From contig NC_092680.1 in NCBI RefSeq assembly GCF_964355755.1, positions 10,974,001 to 11,038,000 on the forward strand: 64,000 bases of DNA, given 5' to 3'. This DNA comes from Antedon mediterranea (Eukaryota; Animalia; Echinodermata). Position 1 is the first letter of the stretch. Each line of letters starts with the position of its first letter. Shown one piece after another: positions 25,901 through 37,900 of the stretch. The position numbers and the translations under genes were made by a program. The notes beneath the pieces are model-generated. The model was not told the origin of the DNA. It did not search any database and was given only the letters and a program-made list of their open reading frames with translations.

Positions 25901-28900
25901 CTAAAACGTCTCCAAATGCGATTTGAAGCTTTTCTAAGCACTTTGGTGTTTTTATGTTAACAAGTTTTTTCGAAAAACACAAAATGGTCTAAAACGTCTC
26001 CAAATGCGATTTGAAGCTATTCTGCACACTTTGATGTTTTGTGTGAAAAAGTTTTGTCGAAATACTCAAAATGGTCTAAAACGTTTTTAAAACGATATTA
26101 AGCTATTTTGTGCTCTTTGATGTTTTTGTGTAACCAAGTTTCATCGAAATCAACAAAATGGTCTAATACGTCTCCAAATGCGATTTGAAGCTTTTCCAAG
26201 CACTTTGCTTTTTTTATGTTAACAAGTTTTTTCGAAAATCAAAAAATGGTCTAAAACGTCTTCAAATGCGATTTGAAGCTATTCTGTACACTTTGATGTT
26301 TTGTGTGAAAAAGTTTTGTCGAAATGCTCAAAATGGTCTAAAACGGTTTCTAATGCGATTTGAAGCTATTCTGTACACTTTGAAGTTTTTTGTGAAAAAG
26401 TTTTCTCGAAATGCTCAAAATGGTCTAAAACGTTTTTATATACCATATTAAGCTATTTTGTGCACTTTTATGTTTTGTGTGAAAAAGTTTTGTCGACATT
26501 CTCAAAATGGTCTAAAACGTTTTTAAATACGATATTAAGCTGTTTTGTGCACTTTGATGATTTGTGTGAAAAGTTTTAACGAAATGCTCAAAATGGTCAA
26601 AAACGGTTTCTAATGTGATTTTAAGCACTTTGATGTTTTTGTGTAACCAAGTTTTTTCAAAAATAACAAAATGGTCTAAAACGTCTCCAAATGCGATTTG
26701 AAGCTTTTCTAAGCACTTTTGTGTTTTTATGTTAACAAGTTTTTTCGAAAATCACAAAATGGTCTAAAACGTCTTCAAATGCGATTTGAAGATATTCTGA
26801 GCACTTTGGTGTTTTTATGTTAAAAAGTTTTTTCGAAAATCACAAAATAGTCTAAAACGTCTCCAAATGCGATTTGAAGCTATTCTGTACACTTTGATGT
26901 TTTGTGTGAAAAAGTTTTGTCGAAATGCTCAAAATGGTCTAAAACGTTTTTAAAACGATATTAAGCTATTTTGTGCTCTTTGATGTTTTTGTGTAACCAA
27001 GTTTCATCGAAAATCACAAAATGGTCTAAAACGTCTCCAAATGCGATTTGAAGCTTTTCTAAGCACTTTGGTGTTTTTATGTTAACAAGTTTTTTCGAAA
27101 ATCTTGAAATGGTCTAAAATGTCTCCAAATGCGATTTGAAGATATTCTGAGCACTTTGGTGTTTTTATGTTAAAAAGTTTTTTCGAAAATCACAAAATGG
27201 TCTAAAACGTCTCCAAATGCGATTTGAAGCTCTTCTGTACACTTTGATGTTTTGTGTGAAAAAGATTTGTCGATATGCTCAAAATGGTCTAAAACGTTTT
27301 TAAATACGATATTAAGCTGTTTTGTGCACTTTAATGATTTGTGTGAAAAGTTTTACGAAATGCTCAAAATGGTCTAAAACGGTTTCTAATGTGATTTTAA
27401 GCACTTTGATGTTTTTGTGTAACCAAGTTTTTTCGAAAATCACAAAATGGTCTAAAACGTCTCCAAATGCGATTTGAAGCTTTTCTAAGCACTTTGGTGT
27501 TTTTATGTTAACAAGTTTTTTCGAAAATCACAAAATGGTCTAAAACGTCTCCAAATGCGATTTGAGGATATTCTGAGCACTTTGGTGTTTTTATGTTAAA
27601 AAGTTTTTTCGAAAATCACAAAATGGTCTAAAACGTCTCCAAATGCGATTTGAAGCTATTCTGTACACTTTGATGTTTTGTGTGAAAAAGTTTTGTCGAA
27701 ATGCTCAAAATGGTCTAAAACGTTTTTAAAACGATATTAAGCTATTTTGTGCTCTTTGATGTTTTTGTGTAACCAAGTTTCATCGAAATCAACAAAATGG
27801 TCTAATACGTCTCCAAATGCGATTTGAAGTTTTTCCAAGCACTTTGCTGTTTTTATGTTAACAAGTTTTTTCGAAAATCACAAAATGGTCTAAAACGTCT
27901 TCAAATGCGATTTGAAGCTATTCTGTACACTTTGATGTTTTGTGTGAAAAAGTTTTGTCGAAATTCTCAAAATGGTCTAAAACGTTTTTAAATACGATAT
28001 TAAGCTATTTTGTGATCTTTGATGTTTTTATGTGAAAAGTTTTATCAAAATGCTCAAAATGGTCTGAAACGGTTTCTAATGCGATTTGAAGCTATTCTGT
28101 ACACTTTGAAGTTTTGTGTGAAAAAGTTTTCTCGAAATGCTCAAAATGGTCTAAAACGTTTTTATATACCATATTAAGCTATTTTGTGCACTTTGATGTT
28201 TTTTGTGAAAAGTTTTATCGAAATGCTCAAAATGGTCTAAAACGGTTTCTATTGGGATTTTAAGCACTTTGATTATTTTGTGTAACCAAGTTTCATCGAA
28301 ATGTACAAAATGGTCTAAAACGTCTCCAAATGCGATTTGAAGCTATTCTAAGTACTTTTGTGTTTTTATGTTAACAAGTTTTTTCGAAAATCACAAAATG
28401 GTCTAAAACGTCTTCAAATGCGATTTGAAGCTATTCTGTACACTTTTATGTTTTGTGTGAAAAATTTTTGTCGAAATTTTCAAAATGGTCTAAAACGTTT
28501 TTAAATACGATATTAAGCTGTTTTGTGCACTTTGATGATTTGTGTGAAAAGTTTTAACGAAATGCTCAAAATGGTCAAAAACGGTTTCTAATGTGATTTT
28601 AAGCACTTTGATGTTTTTGTGTAACCAAGTTTTTTCAAAAATCACAAAATGGTCTAAAACGTCTCCAAATGCGATTTGAAGCTTTTCTAAGCACTTTGGT
28701 GTTTTTATGTTAACAAGTTTTTTCGAAAATCACAAAATGGTCTAAAACGTCTCCAAATGCGATTTGAAGATATTCTGAGCACTTTGGTGTTTTTATGTTA
28801 AAAAGTTTTTTCGAAAATCACAAAATAGTCTAAAACGTCTCCAAATGCGATTTGAAGCTATTCTGTACACTTTGATGTTTTGTGTGAAAAAGTTTTGTCG

Positions 28901-31900
28901 AAATGCTCAAAATGGTCTAAAACATTTTTAAAACGATATTAAGCTATTTTGTGCTCTTTGATGTTTTTGTGTAACCAAGTTTCATCGAAAATCACAAAAT
29001 GGTCTAAAACGTCTCAAAATGCGATTTGAAGCTTTTCTAAGCACTTTGGTGTTTTTATGTTAACAAGTTTTTTCAAAAATCACGAAATGGTCTAAAATGT
29101 CTCCAAATGCGATTTGAAGATATTCTGAGCACTTTGGTGTTTTTATGTTAAAAAGTTTTTTCGAAAATCACAAAATGGTCTAAAACGTCTCCAAATGCGA
29201 TTTGAAGCTCTTCTGTACACTTTGATGTTTTGTGTGAAAAAGTTTTGTCGAAATGCTCAAAATGGTCTAAAACGTTTTTAAATACGATATTAAGCTGTTT
29301 TGTGCACTTTGATGATTTGTGTGAAAAGTTTTAACGAAATGCTCAAAATGGTCTAAAACGGTTTCTAATGTGATTTTAAGCACTTTGATGTTTTTGTGTA
29401 ACCAAGTTTTTTCGAAAATCACAAAATGGTCTAAAACGTCTCCAAATGCGATTTGAAGCTTTTCTAAGCACTTTGGTGTTTTTATGTTAACAAGTTTTTT
29501 CGAAAATCACAAAATGGTCTAAAACGTCTCCAAATGCGATTTGAGGATATTCTGAGCACTTTGGTGTTTTTATGTTAAAAAGTTTTTTCGAAAATCACAA
29601 AATGGTCTAAAACGTCTCAAAATGCGATTTGAAGCTATTCTGTACACTTTGATGTTTTGTGTGAAAAAGTTTTGTCGAAATGCTCAAAATGGTCTAAAAC
29701 GTTTTTAAAACGATATTAAGCTATTTTGTGCTCTTTGATGTTTTTGTGTAACCAAGTTTCATCGAAATCAACAAAATGGTCTAATACGTCTCCAAATGCG
29801 ATTTGAAGCTTTTCCAAGCACTTTGCTGTTTTTATGTTAACAAGTTTTTTCGAAAATCACAAAATGGTCTAAAACGTCTTCAAATGCGATTTGAAGCTAT
29901 TCTGTACACTTTGATGTTTTGTGTGAAAAAGTTTTGTCGAAATGCTCAAAATGGTCTAAAACGTTTTTAAATACAATATTAAGCTATTTTGTGATCTTTG
30001 ATGTTTTTGTGTGAAAAGTTTTATCGAAATGCTCAAAATGGTCTAAAACGGTTTCTAATGCGATTTGAAGCTATTCGGTACACTTTGAAGTTTTTTGTGA
30101 AAAAGTTTTCTCGAAATGCTCAAAATTGTCTAAAAAGTTTTTATATACCATATTAAGCTATTTTGTGCACTTTGATGTTTTTTGTGAAAAGTTTTATCGA
30201 AATGCTCAAAATGGTCTAAAACGGTTTCTATTGTGATTTTAAGCACTTTGATGATTTTGTGTAACCAAGTTTCATCGAAATGTACAAAATGGTCTAAAAC
30301 GTCTCCAAATGCGATTTGAAGCTATTCTAAGTACTTTTGTGTTTTTATGTTATCAAGTTTTTTCGAAAATCACAAAATGGTCTAAAACGTCTTCAAATGC
30401 GATTTGAAGCTATTCTGTACACTTTGATGTTTTGTGTGAAAAAGTTTTGTCGAAATGCTCAAAATGGTCTAAAACGTTTTTAAATACGATATTAAGCTAT
30501 TTTGTGATCTTTGATGTTTTTGTGTGAAAAGTTTTATCGAAATGCTCAAAATGGTCTAAAACGGTTTCTAATGCGATTTGAAGCTATTCTGTACACTTTG
30601 AAGTTTTTTGTGAAAAAGTTTTCTCGAAATGCTCAAAATGGTCTAAAACGTTTTTATATACCATATTAAGCTATTTTGTGCACTTTGATGTTTTTTGTGA
30701 AAAGTTTTATCGAAATTCTCAAAATGGTCTAAAACGGTTTCTATTGTGACTTTAAGCACTTTGATGATTTTGTGTAACCAAGTTTCATCGAAATGTACAA
30801 AATGGTCTAAAACGTCTCCAAATGCGATTTGAAGCTCTTCTGTACACTTTGATGTTTTGTGTGAAAAAGTTTTGTCGAAATTCTCAAAATGGTCTAAAAC
30901 GTTTTTAAATATGATATTAAGCTGTTTTGTGCACTTTGATGATTTGTGTGAAAAGTTTTAACGAAATGCTCAAAATGGTCAAAAACGGTTTCTAATGTGA
31001 TTTTAAACACTTTGATGTTTTTGTGTAACCAAGTTTTTTCAAAAATCACAAAATGGTCTAAAACGTCTCCAAATGCGATTTGAAGCTTTTCTAAGCACTT
31101 TGGTGTTTTTATGTTAACAAGTTTTTTCGAAAATCACAAAATGGTCTAAAACGTCTCTAAATGCGATTTGAAGATATTCTGAGCACTTTGGTGTTTTTAT
31201 GTTAAAAAGTTTTTTCGAAAATCACAAAATAGTCTAAACCGTCTCAAAATGCGATTTGAAGCTATTCTGTACACTTTGATGTTTTGTGTCAAAAAGTTTT
31301 GTCGAAATGCTCAAAATGGTCTAAAACGTTTTTAAAACGATATTAAGCTATTTTGTGCTCTTTGATGTTTTTGTGTAACCAAGTTTCATCGAAAATCACA
31401 AAATGGTCTAAAACGTCTCCAAATGCGATTTGAAGCTTTTCTAAGCACTTTGGTGTTTTTATGTTAACAAGTTTTTTCGAAAATCACGAAATGGTCTAAA
31501 ATGTCTCCAAATGCGATTTGAAGCTTTTCCAAGCACTTTGCTGTTTTTATGTTAACAAGTTTTTTCGAAAATCACAAAATGATCTAAAACTTCTTCAAAT
31601 GCGATTTGAAGCTATTCTGTACACTTTGATGTTTTGTGTGAAAAAGTTTTGTCGAAATGCTCAAAATGGTCTAAAACGTTTTTAAATACGATATTAAGCT
31701 ATTTTGTGATCTTTGATGTTTTTATGTGAAAAGTTTTATCAAAATGCTCAAAATGGTCTGAAACGGTTTCTAATGCGATTTGAAGCTATTCTGTACACTT
31801 TGAAGTTTTGTGTGAAAAAGTTTTCTCGAAATGCTCAAAATGGTCTAAAACGTTTTTATATACCATATTAAGCTATTTTGTGCACTTTGATGTTTTTTGT

Positions 31901-34900
31901 GAAAAGTTTTATCGAAATGCTCAAAATGGTCTAAAACGGTTTCTATTGGGATTTTAAGCACTTTGATGATTTTGTGTAACCAAGTTTCATCGAAATGTAC
32001 AAAATGGTCTAAAACGTCTCCAAATGCGATTTGAAGCTATTCTAAGTACTTTTGTGTTTTTATGTTAACAAGTTTTTTCGAAAATCACAAAATGGTCTAA
32101 AACGTCTTCAAATGCGATTTGAAGCTATTCTGTACACTTTTATGTTTTGTGTGAAAAATTTTTGTCGAAATTCTCAAAATGGTCTAAAACGTTTTTAAAT
32201 ACGATATTAAGCTGTTTTGTGCACTTTGATGATTTGTGTGAAAAGTTTTAACGAAATGCTCAAAATGGTCAAAAACGGTTTCTAATGTGATTTTAAGCAC
32301 TTTGATGTTTTTGTGTAACCAAGTTTTTTCAAAAATCACAAAATGGTCTAAAACGTCTCCAAATGCGATTTGAAGCTTTTCTAAGCACTTTGGTGTTTTT
32401 ATGTTAACAAGTTTTTTCGAAAATCACAAAATGGTCTAAAACGTCTCCAAATGCGATTTGAAGATATTCTGAGCACTTTGGTGTTTTTATGTTAAAAAGT
32501 TTTTTCGAAAATCACAAAATAGTCTAAAACGTCTCCAAATGCGATTTGAAGCTATTCTGTACACTTTGATGTTTTGTGTGAAAAAGTTTTGTCGAAATGC
32601 TCAAAATGGTCTAAAACGTTTTTAAAACGATATTAAGCTATTTTGTGCTCTTTGATGTTTTTGTGTAACCAAGTTTCATCGAAAATCACAAAATGGTCTA
32701 AAACGTCTCAAAATGCGATTTGAAGCTTTTCTAAGCACTTTGGTGTTTTTATGTTAACAAGTTTTTTCGAAAATCACGAAATGGTCTAAAATGTCTCCAA
32801 ATGTGATTTGAAGATATTCTGAGCACTTTGGTGTTTTTATGTTAAAAAGTTTTTTCGAAAATCACAAAATGGTCTAAAACGTCTCCAAATGCGATTTGAA
32901 GCTCTTCTGTACACTTTGATGTTTTGTGTGAAAAAGTTTTGTCGAAATGCTCAAAATGGTCTAAAACGTTTTTAAATACGATATTAAGCTGTTTTGTGCA
33001 CTTTGATGATTTGTGTGAAAAGTTTTAACGAAATGCTCAAAATGGTCTAAAACGGTTTCTAATGTGATTTTAAGCACTTTGATGTTTATGTGTAACAAAG
33101 TTTTTTCGAAAATCACAAATTAGTCTAAAACGTCTCCAAATGCGATTTGAAGCTTTTCTAAGCACTTTGGTGTTTTTATGTTAACAAGTTTTTTCGAAAA
33201 TCACAAAATGGTCTAAAACGTCTCCAAATGCGATTTGAGGATATTCTGAGCACTTTGGTGTTTTTTTGTTAAAAAGTTTTTTCGAAAATCACAAAATGGT
33301 CTAAAACGTCTCCAAATGCGATTTGAAGCTATTCTGTACACTTTGATGTTTTGTGTGAAAAAGTTTTGTCGAAATGCTCAAAATGGTCTAAAACGTTTTT
33401 AAATACGATATTAAGCTATTTTGTGATCTTTGATGTTTTTGTGTGAAAAGTTTCATCGAAATGCTCAAAATGGTCTAAAACGGTTTCTATTGTGATTTTA
33501 AGCACTTTGATGATTTTCTGTAACCAAGTTTCATCGAAATGTACAAAATGGTCTAAAACGTCTCCAAATGCGATTTGAAGCTATTCTAAGTACTTTTGTG
33601 TTTTTATGTTAACAAGTTTTATCGAAAATCACAAAATGGTCTAAAACGTCTCCAAATGCGATTTGAAGCTATTCTGTACACTTTGATGTTTTGTGTGAAA
33701 AAGTTTTGTCGAAATGCTCAAAATGGTCTAAAACGTTTTTAAATACGATATTAAGCTATTTTGTGATCTTTGATGTTTTTGTGTGAAAAGTTTTATCGAA
33801 ATGCTCAAAATGGTCTAAAACGGTTTCTATTGTAATTTTAAGCACTTTGATGATTTTGTGTAACCAAGTTTCATCGAAATGTACAAAATGGTCTAAAACG
33901 TCTCCAAATGCGATTTGAAGCTATTCTAAGTACTTTTGTGTTTTTATGTTAACAAGTTTTTTCGAAAATCACAAAATGGTCTAAAACGTCTTCAAATGCG
34001 ATTTGAAGCTATTCTGTACACTTTGATGTTTTGTGTGAAAAAGTTTTGTCAAAATGCTCAAAATGGTCTAAAACGTTTTTAAAACGATATTAAGCTATTT
34101 TGTGCTCTTTGATGTTTTTGTGTAACCAAGTTTCATCGATAATCACAAAATGGTCTAAAACGTCTCCAAATGCGATTTGAAGCTTTTTTAAGCACTTTGG
34201 TGTTTTTATGTTAACAAGTTTTTTCGAAAATCACGAAATGGTCTAAAATGTCTCCAAATGCGATTTGAAGATATTCTGAGCACTTTGATGTTTTTGTGTG
34301 AAAAGTTTTATCGAAATGCTCAAAATGGTCTAAAACGGTTTCTAATGCGATTTGGAGCTATTCTGTACACTTTGAAGTTTTTGGTGAAAAAGTTTTCTCG
34401 AAATGCTCAAAATGGTCTAAAACGTTTTTATATACCATATTAAGCTATTTTGTGCACTTTTATGTTTTGTGTGAAAAAGTTTTGTCGAAATGCTCAAAAT
34501 GGTCTAAAACGTTTTTAAATACGATATTAAGCTGTTTTGTTCACTTTGATGATTTGTGTGAAAAGTTTTAACGAAATGCTCAAAATGGTCTAAAACGGTT
34601 TCTAATGTGATTTTAAGCACTTTGATGTTTTTGTGTAACCAAGTTTTTTCGAAAATCACAAAATGGTCTAAAACGTTTTTAAAACGATATTAAGCTATTT
34701 TGTGCTCTTTGATGTTTTTGTGTAACCAAGTTTCATCGAAAATCACAAAATGGTCTAAAACGTCTCCAAATGCGATTTGAAGCTTTTACAAGCACTTTGG
34801 TGTTTTTATGTTAACAAGTTTTTTCGAAAATCACAAAATGGTCTAAAACGTCTCAAAATGCGATTTGAAGCTATTCTGTACACTTTGATGTTTTGTGTGA

Positions 34901-37900
34901 AAAAGTTTTGTCGAAATGCTCAAAATGGTCTAAAACGTTTTTAAAACGATATTAAGCTATTTTGTGCTCTTTGATGTTTTTGTGTAACCAAGTTTCATCG
35001 AAATCAACAAAATGGTCTAATACGTCTCCAAATGCGATTTGAAGCTTTTCCAAGCACTTTGCTGTTTTTATGTTAACAAGTTTTTTCGAAAATCACAAAA
35101 TGGTCTAAAACGTCTTCAAATGCGATTTGAAGCTATTCTGTACACTTTGATGTTTTGTGTGAAAAAGTTTTGTCGAAATGCTCAAAATGGTCTAAAACGT
35201 TTTTAAATACAATATTAAGCTATTTTGTGATCTTTGATGTTTTTGTGTGAAAAGTTTTATCGAAATGCTCAAAATGGTCTAAAACGGTTTCTAATGCGAT
35301 TTGAAGCTATTCGGTACACTTTGAAGTTTTTTGTGAAAAAGTTTTCTCGAAATGCTCAAAATGGTCTAAAAAGTTTTTATATACCATATTAAGCTATTTT
35401 GTGCACTTTGATGTTTTTTGTGAAAAGTTTTATCGAAATGCTCAAAATGGTCTAAAACGGTTTCTATTGTGATTTTAAGCACTTTGATGATTTTGTGTAA
35501 CCAAGTTTCATCGAAATGTACAAAATGGTCTAAAACGTCTCCAAATGCGATTTGAAGCTATTCTAAGTACTTTTGTGTTTTTATGTTATCAAGTTTTTTC
35601 GAAAATCACAAAATGGTCTAAAACGTCTTCAAATGCGATTTGAAGCTATTCTGTACACTTTGATGTTTTGTGTGAAAAAGTTTTGTCGAAATGCTCAAAA
35701 TGGTCTAAAACGTTTTTAAATACGATATTAAGCTATTTTGTGATCTTTGATGTTTTTGTGTGAAAAGTTTTATCGAAATGCTCAAAATGGTCTAAAACGG
35801 TTTCTAATGCGATTTGAAGCTATTCTGTACACTTTGAAGTTTTTTGTGAAAAAGTTTTCTCGAAATGCTCAAAATGGTCTAAAACGTTTTTATATACCAT
35901 ATTAAGCTATTTTGTGCACTTTGAAGTTTTTTGTGAAAAGTTTTATCGAAATTCTCAAAATGGTCTAAAACGGTTTCTATTGTGACTTTAAGCACTTTGA
36001 TGATTTTGTGTAACCAAGTTTCATCGAAATGTACAAAATGGTCTAAAACGTCTCCAAATGCGATTTGAAGCTCTTCTGTACACTTTGATGTTTGGTGTGA
36101 AAAAGTTTTGTCGAAATTCTCAAAATGGTCTAAAACGTTTTTAAATATGATATTAAGCTGTTTTGTGCACTTTGATGATTTGTGTGAAAAGTTTTAACGA
36201 AATGCTCAAAATGGTCAAAAACGGTTTCTAATGTGATTTTAAACACTTTGATGTTTTTGTGTAACCAATTTTTTTCAAAAATCACAAAATGGTCTAAAAC
36301 GTCTCCAAATGCGATTTGAAGCTTTTCTAAGCACTTTGGTGTTTTTATGTTAACAAGTTTTTTCGAAAATCACAAAATGGTCTAAAACGTCTCTAAATGC
36401 GATTTGAAGATATTCTGAGCACTTTGGTGTTTTTATGTTAAAAAGTTTTTTCGAAAATCACAAAATAGTCTAAACCGTCTCAAAATGCGATTTGAAGCTA
36501 TTCTGTACACTTTGATGTTTTGTGTCAAAAAGTTTTGTCGAAATGCTCAAAATGGTCTAAAACGTTTTTAAAACGATATTAAGCTATTTTGTGCTCTTTG
36601 ATGTTTTTGTGTAACCAAGTTTCATCGAAAATCACAAAATGGTCTAAAACGTCTCCAAATGCGATTTGAAGCTTTTCTAAGCACTTTGGTGTTTTTATGT
36701 TAACAAGTTTTTTCGAAAATCACGAAATGGTCTAAAATGTCTCCAAATGCGATTTGAAGATATTCTGAGCACTTTGGTGTTTTTATGTTAAAACGTTTTT
36801 TCGAAAATCACAAAATGGTCTAAAACGTCTCCAAATGCGATTTGAAGCTCTTCTGTACACTTTGATGTTTTGTGTGAAAAAGTTTTGTCGAAATGCTCAA
36901 AATGGTCTAAAACGTTTTTAAATACGATATTAAGCTGTTTTGTGCAGTTTGATGATTTGTGTGAAAAGTTTTAACGAAATGCTCAAAATGGTCTAAAACG
37001 GTTTCTAATGTGATTTTAAGCACTTTGATGTTTTTGTGTAACCAAGTTTTTTCGAAAATCACAAAATGGTCTAAAACGTCTCCAAATGCGATTTGAAGCT
37101 TTTCTAAGCACTTTGGTGTTTTTATGTTAACAAGTTTTTTCGAAAATCACAAAATGGTCTAAAACGTCTCCAAATGCGATTTGAAGCTATTCTACACACT
37201 TTGATGTTTTGTGTGAAAAAGTTTTGTCGAAATACTCAAAATGGTCTAAAACGTTTTTAAAACGATATTAAGCTATTTTGTGCTCTTTGATGTTTTTGTG
37301 TAACCAAGTTTCATCGAAATGAACAAAATGGTCTAATACGTCTCCAAATGCGATTTGAAGCTTTTCCAAGCACTTTGCTTTTTTTATGTTAACAAGTTTT
37401 TTCGAAAATCACAAAATGGTCTAAAACGTCTTTAAATGCGATTTGAAGCTATTCTGTACACTTTGATGTTTTGTGTGAAAAAGTTTTGTCGAAATGCTCA
37501 AAATGGTCTAAAACGTTTTTAAATACGATATTAAGCTATTTTGTGATCTTTGATGTTTTTGTGTGTGAAAAGTTTTATCGAAATGCTCAAAATGGTCTAA
37601 AACGGTTTCAAATGCGATTTGAAGCTATTCTGTACACTTTGAAGTTTTTTGTGAAAAAGTTTTCTCGAAATGCTCAAAATGGTCTAAAACGTTTTTATAT
37701 ACCATATTAACCTATTTTGGGCACTTTGATGTTTTTTGTGAAAAGTTTTATCGAAATGCTCAAAATGGTCTAAAACGGTTTTGATTGTGATTTTAAGCAC
37801 TTTGATGATTTTGTGTAACCAAGTTTCATCGAAATGTACAAAATGGTCTAAAACGTCTCCAAATGCGATTTGAAGCTATTCTAAGTACTTTTGTGTTTTT

